Shown here: piece after piece, positions 8,158 to 17,808 of the stretch | Position numbering within the stretch: position 1 is the first letter of the stretch | How the letters are laid out: each line of letters opens with the position of its first letter | Source: a virus | Length of the DNA: 64,000 bases | IMG/VR virus record: IMGVR_UViG_3300009082_000018 | Location: 1 to 64,000 of that record | Direction: 5' to 3' (one strand) | The notes under the pieces: generated by a model | Databases searched by the model: none | Seen by the model: only the letters and a program-made list of their open reading frames with translations | Told to the model about the DNA's origin: nothing | Program-made: the position numbers and the translations under genes

Positions 8158-10746
8158 ATGGCAAGATCAGTAACTTGGAACGGTATGACCCAGTACCGTC
8201 CGGGCGGGTTGACAAGGATCAACGCAAGCGCTCTCGCCCAGATCGGACTGGCTACCAACGGCATCATCGGCCTTGTCGGTGAGGCCGATGGTGGGCAACC
8301 ACAATCGATCGTCACGATTGACGATCCCGCTCTCGCGAAGGATACCTTCCGAAGCGGCCCACTCGCTGATGCGATCAAGATCGCCTTTGATCCATCGAAC
8401 GACCCCAGAATCCCTGGAGGGGCTTTCAGGTGCCTATGCATCAGGACCAATGATGGCACCAGGGCAACCCTGACATTGTACAACCGCTACTTCTCGGGGA
8501 CTGCGGCAGCCGGTAGTTCGACAACCGTGATCAATGTGACGGGAGGGGCTTTCACACCTGATGCCCTCATCGGCAGTCAGCTGACGATCGGAAACGAGAC
8601 CCGGGCGATCACGGACAACGATGCCACCTCGATCACGGTTGGAGTGGCGTTCTCTGCAGCACCGAGTGCAGGAACGGCGATCGAGGTTCTCGCTCCGGTC
8701 ATGGTGCTGACCAGCGTCGACTACGGTGCCCACGCCAACATGGTCACCTTCGAGTTCGAGCCTGGTGTCAGCAAGGGCGAGGTCTGGACTGCAGCCTTCG
8801 AGAGCAAGCAGCAGGTCAGCCAAGACCTGGGTGGAAAGGCATTCCTTCAGGTCGAGTACGTCGGTCAGTTCACAACGACGGTCCTGGCCTCGGGAGTGAC
8901 GACGGCAGGTGCTGCTAGCAGCATCACCGACTCCCTGGCTACCTTCGGTACGCTGACCAACCTGTTCGTCTACGTGTCGGGCGGTGGTCTGATTCAGCCG
9001 AACCTGCGCAAGATCGCATCCAACACTGGAACTCAGATCGACACGACGAATCCGTTCAGCGGCGTGCCCGCTGCCGGTGCTACCTATGAGGTTCGCAAGG
9101 ATCAGATCCTAACTGGCACGGCTACCGGTGGAGGTGCCAGCAGCATCACCCTGGCCGCTGATCGCCACCTCGGTGTCGACGAGTTGGTTGGCATGCAGAT
9201 CGTGATCACGAGCGGAACAGGTGCAGGTCAGCGCCGGATCATCACCGCCAATACGGCTGGGGTCAGCTCTGTGGTCACGGTGTCGCAGCCGTGGATCACG
9301 GTTCCGTATCTCTTGGCCACTCCGGGTGTGTACTCGATCCGTTATGCCACAGAGGCAACCGGATCGTTTGTAGGGTCCGCAGGCAAGGCCACCGGGTTCA
9401 GCACTTCGGTGGCGGTCAATGGGGCGGTAGCTGCGACGCAGCTAAACATCACCTTCGCTCCTGGTGACACGCTGGAGACGTTGGTTGGGACCATCAACGC
9501 CAACACCAACTACGTCGCCACGATTCCTTCGGGAGTCAACAAGCAGACCACGCTCTCGGAGTCGTTCGATTTCGATCTCGGCAATATTGGGGTCGAGCTT
9601 CGCAACGATCGGGGCGCGGTCCTCACGCAGCCGAACCCAACCTACAGTTACACGGTCCCGTGGCCGAACAACTTCAAGCGGGACTTGCAAGTGGCGATCG
9701 ACGACATCAATGCCACCTGCGAGCTGCTGACGGCGGCCAGGGCTGCGACCACTCCGATTGCCGGCATGGGTCGTCCAGCTTGGACCGGGACGGGAAGTTC
9801 CGGCACTGTAGGCGACAGCATCAAGTACCTAGCTGGCGGTACGAGAGGCACCAGCTCGAACTCGGCTTTCCAAGCTGCTCTCGATCTGCTTCTTGGGGTC
9901 AGGGCCAACTTCGTCGTTCCTCTGATCTCTTATGATCTGACGGCTGACGGCTTCGGCTCCGATGCCATGTTCGCTTCGGTGGCGGCTCAGCTCAGCGCTC
10001 ACTGCAAGGCAGCCAATGGCGTCGTCAAGTCGGAGCGCGGTGGCCTCCTGGGCATGGAGGGAACAAAGACGGAGATCCTCGACGAGGGTGCCCAGCTCAA
10101 CAGCACCGATATTCAGCTCTCTGGCCAGAAGCTGAAGGTGCTGAACGTGGACGGCACTCTCACGATCATGCCTGAGTGGTCTCTGGCGGTGGCGGCAGCA
10201 GGCATGCGAGCGGGTGCGCCGGAGGTTGGCGAGCCGCTGACTCACAAGTACATCAAGACCTACGATCTGCTTCAGGATGCCAGCTGGGATCCTCTCGATC
10301 GCACGGACGCCAACCAGATGATCGGCGGTGGTTTCCTCTTCGCCGAGTACATCAAGGGCAAGGGCACCAGGTTCGTCCGTGACCTCACCACCCACGTCCA
10401 AGACGACAACCTGGCCTACATGGAAGGTTCCGTTCGAGACTGCGTTCGCTACATTGCTTACGGTCTGCGGACGCTGCTGGAAGATCGATTCACAGGTGTC
10501 AAGGGCACGCCAGCCAATGCATCTGGGATCAAGCAGGCCGCTGCCACGTGGCTGGACGCAGCCAACGCCGAGAACATCTGTGTGACCTCACTCAATGAGA
10601 AGGGAGTGCTGGTGCCGGGTTACGAGAATCTGCGTGTCACGATCTCTGGTGACATTGCAACGGTCAAGGTTCAGGTCTATCCGGCAGTCGGGATCAACTT
10701 CCAGCTCAACGACATCTACCTCCAGCTGCCTAGGCAGGCTGCTTAA
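8158..10746 (+). CDS. Contractile tail sheath protein (862 aa, with inserted domains)
   Basis: N-term RPGG...IIGLVGEADGG; YLAGG; C-term VYPAVGINFQLNDIYL; AGGAG RBS. Confidence 0.9.
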   Translation: MARSVTWNGMTQYRPGGLTRINASALAQIGLATNGIIGLVGEADGGQPQSIVTIDDPALAKDTFRSGPLADAIKIAFDPSNDPRIPGGAFRCLCIRTNDGTRATLTLYNRYFSGTAAAGSSTTVINVTGGAFTPDALIGSQLTIGNETRAITDNDATSITVGVAFSAAPSAGTAIEVLAPVMVLTSVDYGAHANMVTFEFEPGVSKGEVWTAAFESKQQVSQDLGGKAFLQVEYVGQFTTTVLASGVTTAGAASSITDSLATFGTLTNLFVYVSGGGLIQPNLRKIASNTGTQIDTTNPFSGVPAAGATYEVRKDQILTGTATGGGASSITLAADRHLGVDELVGMQIVITSGTGAGQRRIITANTAGVSSVVTVSQPWITVPYLLATPGVYSIRYATEATGSFVGSAGKATGFSTSVAVNGAVAATQLNITFAPGDTLETLVGTINANTNYVATIPSGVNKQTTLSESFDFDLGNIGVELRNDRGAVLTQPNPTYSYTVPWPNNFKRDLQVAIDDINATCELLTAARAATTPIAGMGRPAWTGTGSSGTVGDSIKYLAGGTRGTSSNSAFQAALDLLLGVRANFVVPLISYDLTADGFGSDAMFASVAAQLSAHCKAANGVVKSERGGLLGMEGTKTEILDEGAQLNSTDIQLSGQKLKVLNVDGTLTIMPEWSLAVAAAGMRAGAPEVGEPLTHKYIKTYDLLQDASWDPLDRTDANQMIGGGFLFAEYIKGKGTRFVRDLTTHVQDDNLAYMEGSVRDCVRYIAYGLRTLLEDRFTGVKGTPANASGIKQAAATWLDAANAENICVTSLNEKGVLVPGYENLRVTISGDIATVKVQVYPAVGINFQLNDIYLQLPRQAA

Positions 10747-10776
10747 AGGGTTTGAAAAGGAAAAAGGAGAAACACC

Positions 10777-11463
10777 ATGTCGATCAGCATTCCAGCAATC
10801 GTGGACGCGCAGCTTGCCAGCCTGAAGGCCACTCTTCTGCCTGTCAATGATGCGGTCACCAAGACCTCCAGCTCTCCGGTTCCGCCCTATGTGCAGGGCA
10901 ACCGGGTAGCCGATCTGTTTCGGCTGCTCACGGGCCTCATCGACGCCGGCCCGCTGACGGCCACAGGCGGTACGGCGACTTCGGTTCAGGACACTGGGGC
11001 CTTCACCGGGGTCAACAGCTTGGTGGGGGCCAAGGTGACCTTCGTGGGAGATGTGACCGCAGCTCTGGCTGGGAAGTCGGCCTACGTGCTGACCAACACC
11101 ACGGGTGCCCTGTTTTTTGCCCCTGGGGCGCTCCCAGCGACTCCACAGGCAGGTGATACCTACTCGGTCGAGTTCACCTCGGTGGATACCGATCTGGCCG
11201 TCCTGGACGGTGGGAAGGGCACTGGCAACAGCCAGTCGAATCCCTACAGCTCAGGCCCGAGTCTCATCAACGCCATGATGAAGCTCATTGCCCAGTTGGG
11301 TGGTGCGCTTCCGTCCTGGCTGGATTTTCACGCTGCCGAAGCATTCCATGTGGGATCCCCGCATGGTGGAGCAGGGTCTCTCGGCCATGGTGGAGCCCAG
11401 CTCCTGGCGTCCGGGATCCAGCTCGTCCGGGACACGGTAGCGGCGTACACAAAGCCTGCGTAA
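10777..11463 (+). CDS. Putative tail decoration protein between sheath and tube
   Basis: Strong RBS; shares the TATGGxxTS...PxAGDTY domain with the sheath insertions. Confidence 0.6.
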   Translation: MSISIPAIVDAQLASLKATLLPVNDAVTKTSSSPVPPYVQGNRVADLFRLLTGLIDAGPLTATGGTATSVQDTGAFTGVNSLVGAKVTFVGDVTAALAGKSAYVLTNTTGALFFAPGALPATPQAGDTYSVEFTSVDTDLAVLDGGKGTGNSQSNPYSSGPSLINAMMKLIAQLGGALPSWLDFHAAEAFHVGSPHGGAGSLGHGGAQLLASGIQLVRDTVAAYTKPA

Positions 11464-11494
11464 TCTCAACAGGTTAACGCAGGATCTGCATTTC

Positions 11495-11524
11495 TTGACA
11501 CCCTCGAGCGGACCAGCGTACGCT
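11495..11524 (+). promoter_or_regulatory. Sigma70-like promoter upstream of tail tube gene
   Basis: TTGACA (11495-11500), 18-nt spacer, TACGCT (11519-11524). Confidence 0.5.
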
Positions 11525-11709
11525 CGTCTACAAGATCCTGTTGTCCGCCAGGCCACAGGAACAGGACATCCCGGGGGGCTTTGGCCCCCCGGGCTCTGTC
11601 TTACTCGCCAGCGGCGCACCCTGGTCCGGATCGCTTCCCACGATCCGCCTTCAGTGCGCCCACTTCAAAGTGTTGATCTGAATAACAACAAGGATCGGAG
11701 GATTCTGTC

Positions 11710-12153
11710 ATGGGTCTTGCAGCCCCGAACTACAGTGGTTCCCCGCAAGTGTTCTCGGGAGCGAGAGCACGATTCTACTACGATTCCACGCCAGTTGGCT
11801 ATGCGGCCGGAGTCAGCGGGGAGGAGACGATCGACTATGAGCCGATCGAGGTACTTGATCTTCTGGAGGTCCGGGAGCACGTACCGGTGGCCTACCGGGT
11901 AACGCTGTCAGCGCAGATCTTCCGGGTGATCGGGGATTCGCTCAAGCAGCAGAACATCTTCCCGAAGCCCGAGGACATCATCACCTCGAACGCGATGTCG
12001 GCTCACATCGAGGACAAGGTGTCCAAGAACAACCCGGCGGCCTTCACTGGCGTCAGGTGTGCAGGGCACTCATTCGACGTGACCGCTCGAGGCATCGTGA
12101 GTGAGAACGTCAACTTTGTCGCGATCCGAGTCAAGGACGAGAGCGGCAACTAA
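11710..12153 (+). CDS. Tail tube protein
   Basis: 147 aa after the sheath; VFSGARA...VGYA...YEPIEVL...EHVP pattern; GGAGG RBS. Confidence 0.85.
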   Translation: MGLAAPNYSGSPQVFSGARARFYYDSTPVGYAAGVSGEETIDYEPIEVLDLLEVREHVPVAYRVTLSAQIFRVIGDSLKQQNIFPKPEDIITSNAMSAHIEDKVSKNNPAAFTGVRCAGHSFDVTARGIVSENVNFVAIRVKDESGN

Positions 12154-12186
12154 CCGCGAGCCTGGCCAGACAACAGGAGAAGAAAG

Positions 12187-12789
12187 ATGATCGATCCAGC
12201 AACCCTTGGTGGTCCCGGTGGGCCACAATTTCGTGCTCCTGCTCAAGGTTCTGTACCTACACCGCCACCCACAGCTCCTCAGTTTGTGAACCACCCTGCA
12301 CAACAGGGTCTCATGAACACTCCGATCGACAAGACGCGGACGTTCAACTTCCGTTACGAGTCCATGGTCGATGGACAGGTCTATGAGGGCACCTTCACGT
12401 GTCGAAAGCTGTCGGTAAGAGACCTGGCCCAGATGGGTGTCCGGAAGGTGCAGCTCAACGGCGGCTACCACTATGATGAAAAGAATCCCGGATGCGGGAT
12501 CGAAGAGCACATCGATGGGATGAACGCAGTGATCGCCCATCTAGAGGTGGCGCTGGTTCAGGCTCCCTTCTGGTTCAAGCTCGATGATGTGTATGATCCA
12601 CAACTACTCCACGAGGTGTACCAGAAAGTGGTGGAGTTCGAGAACTCGTTTTTTCGACGACCGGGGGGTCAGGTACAGCCTGGACAAAGCGGCCAGAATG
12701 CTAGCGGTCCAGCGGGTCAAAACACCAGCTCTGCTGGATCTGTTACGGCAGTGGGCGGTGGACAAGTACCACCTTCCATGGAGCCATGA
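12187..12789 (+). CDS. Tail assembly chaperone (G-like)
   Basis: Between tube and tape measure; slippery TTT TTT CGA at 12649-12657. Confidence 0.75.
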   Translation: MIDPATLGGPGGPQFRAPAQGSVPTPPPTAPQFVNHPAQQGLMNTPIDKTRTFNFRYESMVDGQVYEGTFTCRKLSVRDLAQMGVRKVQLNGGYHYDEKNPGCGIEEHIDGMNAVIAHLEVALVQAPFWFKLDDVYDPQLLHEVYQKVVEFENSFFRRPGGQVQPGQSGQNASGPAGQNTSSAGSVTAVGGGQVPPSMEP

Positions 12790-13114
12790 TGCGTTTCAGC
12801 AGCTCACGGTTCTTGAGCTGCTGACAGATTTCTGGGAAGACTACTATCGGCGCAATCCGGTAGAGACGAGGCGTACAGAGAGTGGTGATGTAGTTTACGC
12901 CAACACAGGTGATCCTCTTATCGATAAGTGGGAGCAGGAAATCGCAAGAGGACTTGTACCTGATCTGTACGAGGGCATCCCTCAGAAAAAGAAAGATCGT
13001 AAGCGTCAAGAGGATTCACTGAAAGAGCAGCAACGAGCCATGTTACTAGCTCGTGAAATATCGGCGGAAGGTTTCTCTGACGACTACGGCGACCGACGTA
13101 AGGCCAATCGGTAG
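12649..13114 (+). CDS. Frameshifted extension of tail chaperone (GT-like)
   Basis: Overlapping +1-frame ORF without a clear RBS; continues FFDDRGV...TGDPLIDKWE. Confidence 0.65.
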
Positions 13115-13128
13115 AAGGGCGGTCCTTC

Positions 13129-15408
13129 ATGGCAGCAGCCGGTGGTAGTGGCGATGGAAACAAGATCGTCATCGAACTTGAAGTCAGGGTCAAAGAGCTT
13201 CAGCAACAGCTGAACGATGCTCAGAAGAAGATCGACGGCTTTGAGGGCAAACAGAAGGGACACCGGACTCGACGCAAGAAGGATCACAAGGAACAGCTCA
13301 AAGAGACTGCTGCCGTTCACAAGGCACAAAAAGATCTAGTTAAGACCTACGACACGGCGGCGAAGTCATCCACTCGCATGCAGCGAGCCTGGTCCTTTAT
13401 CAGAAAGGACACTCAGCAGACAGCCAAAGACATCAAGGCCATCTCCAAGCATGACGTTGGGAAGGGATTCTTTGGAGGTCTGGCCAGAGGTTCCGGTGCC
13501 GCCGGAATCTATCAATCGATCCGAGGACAGCCCGGCGGCCCAGGGCTTCGTCAGCGTTTGGGTGGCGCCATTGGTAGAGGAGTTACTGGGGCAGCTTCCA
13601 TGGCTGGCGGCTTCATCATGGGAGGCATGCAGTCGGCCTACGAGAAGTACATGCAGTTTGGGGCGGCACAGTGGGGTATGGCGGGTCTTGGTTCTGGAAA
13701 AGCAGATCGTGGAAGAGGAAGGAAGGCCTTTGGAGCTGGAGTGAAATACGGCTTCACGCCGACTGAAACTGCTCAGATGGCTCCAGGAGTCGCTGCAGCC
13801 ACAGGACAGCTTGGATCTACGACGTTGGCCCAGCAGTTTGCCATGGGCGGCGGCTACGGCCCTGGTCGAGTTGGCGAGGCCGTCCAGTACATGGGGACCA
13901 TGCGCCAGGCTGGAACTGACTTCGGCGGTGGTGGAAAGGGAGCTTCCAAAGAGCTGTCCAAGACGATCGCCGCAGGCATGTACTCTGGTCTCGAGAAGGC
14001 CAGGCTGCCGGAGTTCTATGAAGGTGTGCGAGGATTGGTGCAGAGCCAGTTCAGCACTGCTGCCGGCAAGGTGGACTCTATCAACATCGCCAAGCAGCTT
14101 GCCATGATCGGTAAGGGTGGTGGTGTTGGATTCCAAGGAGCCAGAGGCTCCCAAGTTCTTGGCCAGCTCGATCAAATGATCAAGTCTCCCGGTGGAGGAG
14201 AAGCTGGTCAGGCCATGATCTTGCAGGCGATGGGCTTTGGGAAGCCTGGCGGAACGGTGAATTACTACGATGCCCTCAAGGGACAGCAAGAGGGCATTCG
14301 TGATCCAGACAACATCAAAAAGGTGATGAAGGAGGTCTACTCGCAGCGCGGTAACATCGAAGCTGGAGGCTCTGATCCGATAAACAGGGAGGCCAACCTT
14401 CAATTTTCGATGATGTCCGGATTGTCGATCAAACAAACGGAGCAGCTCAAGGACATCTACTCCAGTAGCAAGTCCCAGGAGGAGAAGGACAAGGAGATTA
14501 ACGAGGTTCTGCAGGAGGCCAAACCAATCCAAGAGAGGGCACTTGACGCAGCCAAGGATGGATTTGCTGCCATCAAGAAACACATCGCTGGTGTTGAGGC
14601 TCAGCAGATCAGAATCGGATCAAAGATCGCCAAGCCAATGATGGAGCTTCAAGATCTGCAACTCAAGATTTTGGGGGTCATCGCTGGTTACTTTCCTCAG
14701 ATGATCGACTTTCTAAAAAAGTTGTGGGGTACTCTGAAGGAGATCGGGATCTTCATCAAAGACATGGCGATGGCGGCTGTTGGCAAGTCTGAGGCAGAGT
14801 ATGAGAAGGACATCGAGAATCGATACAAGGGCAGAATCGATTTGATCAAAAAATTCGCTCCCAAGACCTCGGCGGATTTTCTGAATCAACAATCGGGACT
14901 ACAACAAGCCGCTTATCAGAAGGCAACTGAAGCTACCAAGACGACAGGTCCCACAGCCCTGTTGACGTACGCTGGTCTTGCTGGCGAGAGGAAAAATCAA
15001 TTCGGTGGTGCGCTTACCCGCCGGACCTACAGTGCAAAGCTGGATGCTGAAGCAGCTCAGTCTCGCTCCTTGGCGGGTATCTATGTCAATGAAGCTTTGA
15101 AGGCGCAGGGGCTGGTGCAGCATGCTACGGGTCCGGAAGCTCAATCGATCTACAAAAAGATGGGCAACGTGGCTCCAGGGCAGGCTGGCATGATGGCAGA
15201 GCATTGGCTGCCACAACTTGTCGAAATCGCCAAGAAGAACAAAGAGGCTGCAGAGGCCTCGGTAGCCTTGGCAAAAAGCAAAGAGAACTTGGATAAGGAC
15301 GCTGCTGCGTGGCGAACACGTCAGGAGGAGCGGGAGAGGAACCAAAAGGCAGGTGGGAATCCAAAGCATGGTGGAGTTGGTACCAGAAAAGCCACTCCTA
15401 GGGACTAA
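13129..15408 (+). CDS. Tape measure protein
   Basis: Long helical A/G/K/Q-rich ORF after the chaperone. Confidence 0.8.
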   Translation: MAAAGGSGDGNKIVIELEVRVKELQQQLNDAQKKIDGFEGKQKGHRTRRKKDHKEQLKETAAVHKAQKDLVKTYDTAAKSSTRMQRAWSFIRKDTQQTAKDIKAISKHDVGKGFFGGLARGSGAAGIYQSIRGQPGGPGLRQRLGGAIGRGVTGAASMAGGFIMGGMQSAYEKYMQFGAAQWGMAGLGSGKADRGRGRKAFGAGVKYGFTPTETAQMAPGVAAATGQLGSTTLAQQFAMGGGYGPGRVGEAVQYMGTMRQAGTDFGGGGKGASKELSKTIAAGMYSGLEKARLPEFYEGVRGLVQSQFSTAAGKVDSINIAKQLAMIGKGGGVGFQGARGSQVLGQLDQMIKSPGGGEAGQAMILQAMGFGKPGGTVNYYDALKGQQEGIRDPDNIKKVMKEVYSQRGNIEAGGSDPINREANLQFSMMSGLSIKQTEQLKDIYSSSKSQEEKDKEINEVLQEAKPIQERALDAAKDGFAAIKKHIAGVEAQQIRIGSKIAKPMMELQDLQLKILGVIAGYFPQMIDFLKKLWGTLKEIGIFIKDMAMAAVGKSEAEYEKDIENRYKGRIDLIKKFAPKTSADFLNQQSGLQQAAYQKATEATKTTGPTALLTYAGLAGERKNQFGGALTRRTYSAKLDAEAAQSRSLAGIYVNEALKAQGLVQHATGPEAQSIYKKMGNVAPGQAGMMAEHWLPQLVEIAKKNKEAAEASVALAKSKENLDKDAAAWRTRQEERERNQKAGGNPKHGGVGTRKATPRD

Positions 15409-15414
15409 GATCAA

Positions 15415-17808
15415 ATGCCAGACATCTTTGGATCAGAGATCTATGATGTGCCGAGGCAGTCGTCTCGCTGCCAGATCTTGGTTTACTCCCACATCTCCAA
15501 AGGAACAGAAGACAAAACCTACTCCGGTGCTGTCAACTGTTCTCGGGATGTTATCGAATGCAACACAGCCAAGTCGATCAAGGCCGGTGGGGGAGCTGGG
15601 TTCACTCTTGTTCCTAGGCGAAACTATCTCAACTTCATCTTCCCCAATGACTACGTCTACATCTATTTCGATCCAGGTGATGGACGTGGCTTCATTTTGA
15701 CCTTCTTTGGATTTGTGGATCGAATTGAAAGGTCCATAGCAGTGTCAGGCAATGGTGAGTCTGTGACACGTTACAATGTCACGTGTTCTGATATCACCAA
15801 AGCTTTTGACAAGACTAACGTCTACTTCAATCCGCACATTGTAGATCGCGGAGATTTCGCCTCTCAATTTTTTGCGGGTACGAAGAACATGGGCGGATCG
15901 GCTCTGCGCACCAAAGGGCTCTCATGCTACGGTACTCCGGCCGACGTGGTCATGAGCCTAGCCCAGCGTCTCATGGGCTTCGGTGCTCAATTTGCTGTTC
16001 CCAAATCACATCCTACGGTGGGTGCCCTTGTTGATGCGAGCCGCAAGGTTCGATGGAAGAACCTGCTCAAGGTTCTGGCTTCCGACTTCCAAGATCTAGA
16101 ATCACCTGAGGTGCTTGCCGACCTCAAGGCCACAGTGAACTCTGAAATGGCCCAAGTGATAGAAAGATCAATATCGGAACAAACGAGCCCATTGGCTCCT
16201 CAAGTTTCGTTCATCAAAGGCCTAGTTAGCGGTGCGATCAGTCTGTCAACAGATGTCTCCCTGGGCCAGCAGCCGCCACTTTCGTCAGCAGCATTCCAAG
16301 CAGTTCGATCTGGTTTAGCTGCCAAATATGACAGGGTAAATGATCCGCTCACTAGCTCGGCCATTGAGGAAGGAAACACCATCTTTCTTGGTGCCAAGCA
16401 GATCAGTCTTCTGGACTTGATCAATTTTGGATTTATGGAGACCGAAGCCATCAGCGGGGCCATTCTGGCAGCACAGATCTGGCAATCTCAGGGTTCTCTC
16501 TGGTCGATCATGAATTCGTGGTCCAATGACTTGGTCAACGAGCTGTTTCTTGATCTGCGCCCTGTTGGAGCTAACGACAGTTTCGATCTTCGAGAAGGAG
16601 CCTACAGTCGGAATCCGGACTATCTGCAGGGAAACACAGGCGGTGGTGTGCAGTTCGTCAATGCCATCGTGATGAGGGAGTACCCATTCTCGACTGTTGA
16701 AGCCGTTGTCCCAGCAATGTCTGTCAAGGTTCTAGGCAGTGCCCTTGGCGTGGTTCCGCTTGGTGGATTTGGAGACAGCGGTATCTGGTCTAAGGATCGA
16801 AACAAAGCAGGACGTAAGGTATCCAACATACAGTCGTTGAATCCGTTCACGCGTGTTGAGAAGCCTAGTGTCAAAGGCGTAAAGCACCTCGACGTAGTTA
16901 AGATCAGTGTCAATGACATCATCCAAGAAAAAGTTGGACGTACCGACGCCGACACTGTGAATCTGATCGAGGTCTACGCAGACATGGGGATTGGAGAGAT
17001 GGGCAAGTACATGGACAATGATGTCCAGCCTGTCAGCAATCCGATCTCAATCATGCGCGATGGTCTTCGAGTACGCACGTATACGTCGAAGTTCGCTCGT
17101 TGGCCTGCCGAGAAAATGGGTGACGCCGGGCTGGACAACCCCGGAGCACGCTATCAGACCATTCGTTGGGCCCTCCTCCTTGACCACTGGTACCAACACA
17201 ACAAGGAGTACTTGAACGGGACCATCACCACGAGGGCCTTTCCAGAGATCAGGGTTGGATACCGACTAGACATCGTGGAACGAGCTGAATCCTACTACGT
17301 CGAGGGAGTTAGCCATCAGTGGTCCTACAGTGATAAGGGATCGATGCTGGTTAGCAACTTCACAGTTAGTCGTGGACAACGCAACGACCCATTCCCTGTG
17401 TACGTGCTACCGGCGTTGACGGGTTTCGGTGGGTTGAATAACAGAAATGATGAGAGCCGATTGGCTCAATGCTTCCGACAACGAAATCCAGCGGCAGTGG
17501 CCAGCGCGTCTCTGCTATTCGGAGACACAGACGTGCTGTCGGATCAGTTCTTGGAAAACTTTACTGACATGAAGATCTCTGCTAACAAGTGGTCCTCGAA
17601 CAAGAAGGGATACCTGGCCGCAGGGGCAATTCCGTATTCGTCCAAGGAGTACCTAGACGAAGCATGGGAACAGGTTGGTGCCACCGTCGAGGAACTGAAG
17701 AAGCTCGCCAAGGAAAAAGTGATCGATCCTGGAATGAAGGCACTGAAGTCTCTGTTTGGGTCAGGCGGCCCTACAGGTCCAACCGGATCAGGTACCAGCA
17801 ATGGATGA
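15415..17808 (+). CDS. Baseplate hub/tail tip protein
   Basis: C-term GTITTRAFPEIRVGYRL...YYVEGVSHQW, typical of gp27/gpD-like hubs. Confidence 0.7.
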   Translation: MPDIFGSEIYDVPRQSSRCQILVYSHISKGTEDKTYSGAVNCSRDVIECNTAKSIKAGGGAGFTLVPRRNYLNFIFPNDYVYIYFDPGDGRGFILTFFGFVDRIERSIAVSGNGESVTRYNVTCSDITKAFDKTNVYFNPHIVDRGDFASQFFAGTKNMGGSALRTKGLSCYGTPADVVMSLAQRLMGFGAQFAVPKSHPTVGALVDASRKVRWKNLLKVLASDFQDLESPEVLADLKATVNSEMAQVIERSISEQTSPLAPQVSFIKGLVSGAISLSTDVSLGQQPPLSSAAFQAVRSGLAAKYDRVNDPLTSSAIEEGNTIFLGAKQISLLDLINFGFMETEAISGAILAAQIWQSQGSLWSIMNSWSNDLVNELFLDLRPVGANDSFDLREGAYSRNPDYLQGNTGGGVQFVNAIVMREYPFSTVEAVVPAMSVKVLGSALGVVPLGGFGDSGIWSKDRNKAGRKVSNIQSLNPFTRVEKPSVKGVKHLDVVKISVNDIIQEKVGRTDADTVNLIEVYADMGIGEMGKYMDNDVQPVSNPISIMRDGLRVRTYTSKFARWPAEKMGDAGLDNPGARYQTIRWALLLDHWYQHNKEYLNGTITTRAFPEIRVGYRLDIVERAESYYVEGVSHQWSYSDKGSMLVSNFTVSRGQRNDPFPVYVLPALTGFGGLNNRNDESRLAQCFRQRNPAAVASASLLFGDTDVLSDQFLENFTDMKISANKWSSNKKGYLAAGAIPYSSKEYLDEAWEQVGATVEELKKLAKEKVIDPGMKALKSLFGSGGPTGPTGSGTSNG

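Noticed and set aside
13366-14583. Long antisense ORFs (also 26719-27846, 44841-45728, 54589-55524, and 59863-60582 on +)
   Set aside because: Shadows of GC-biased genuine genes; no motifs
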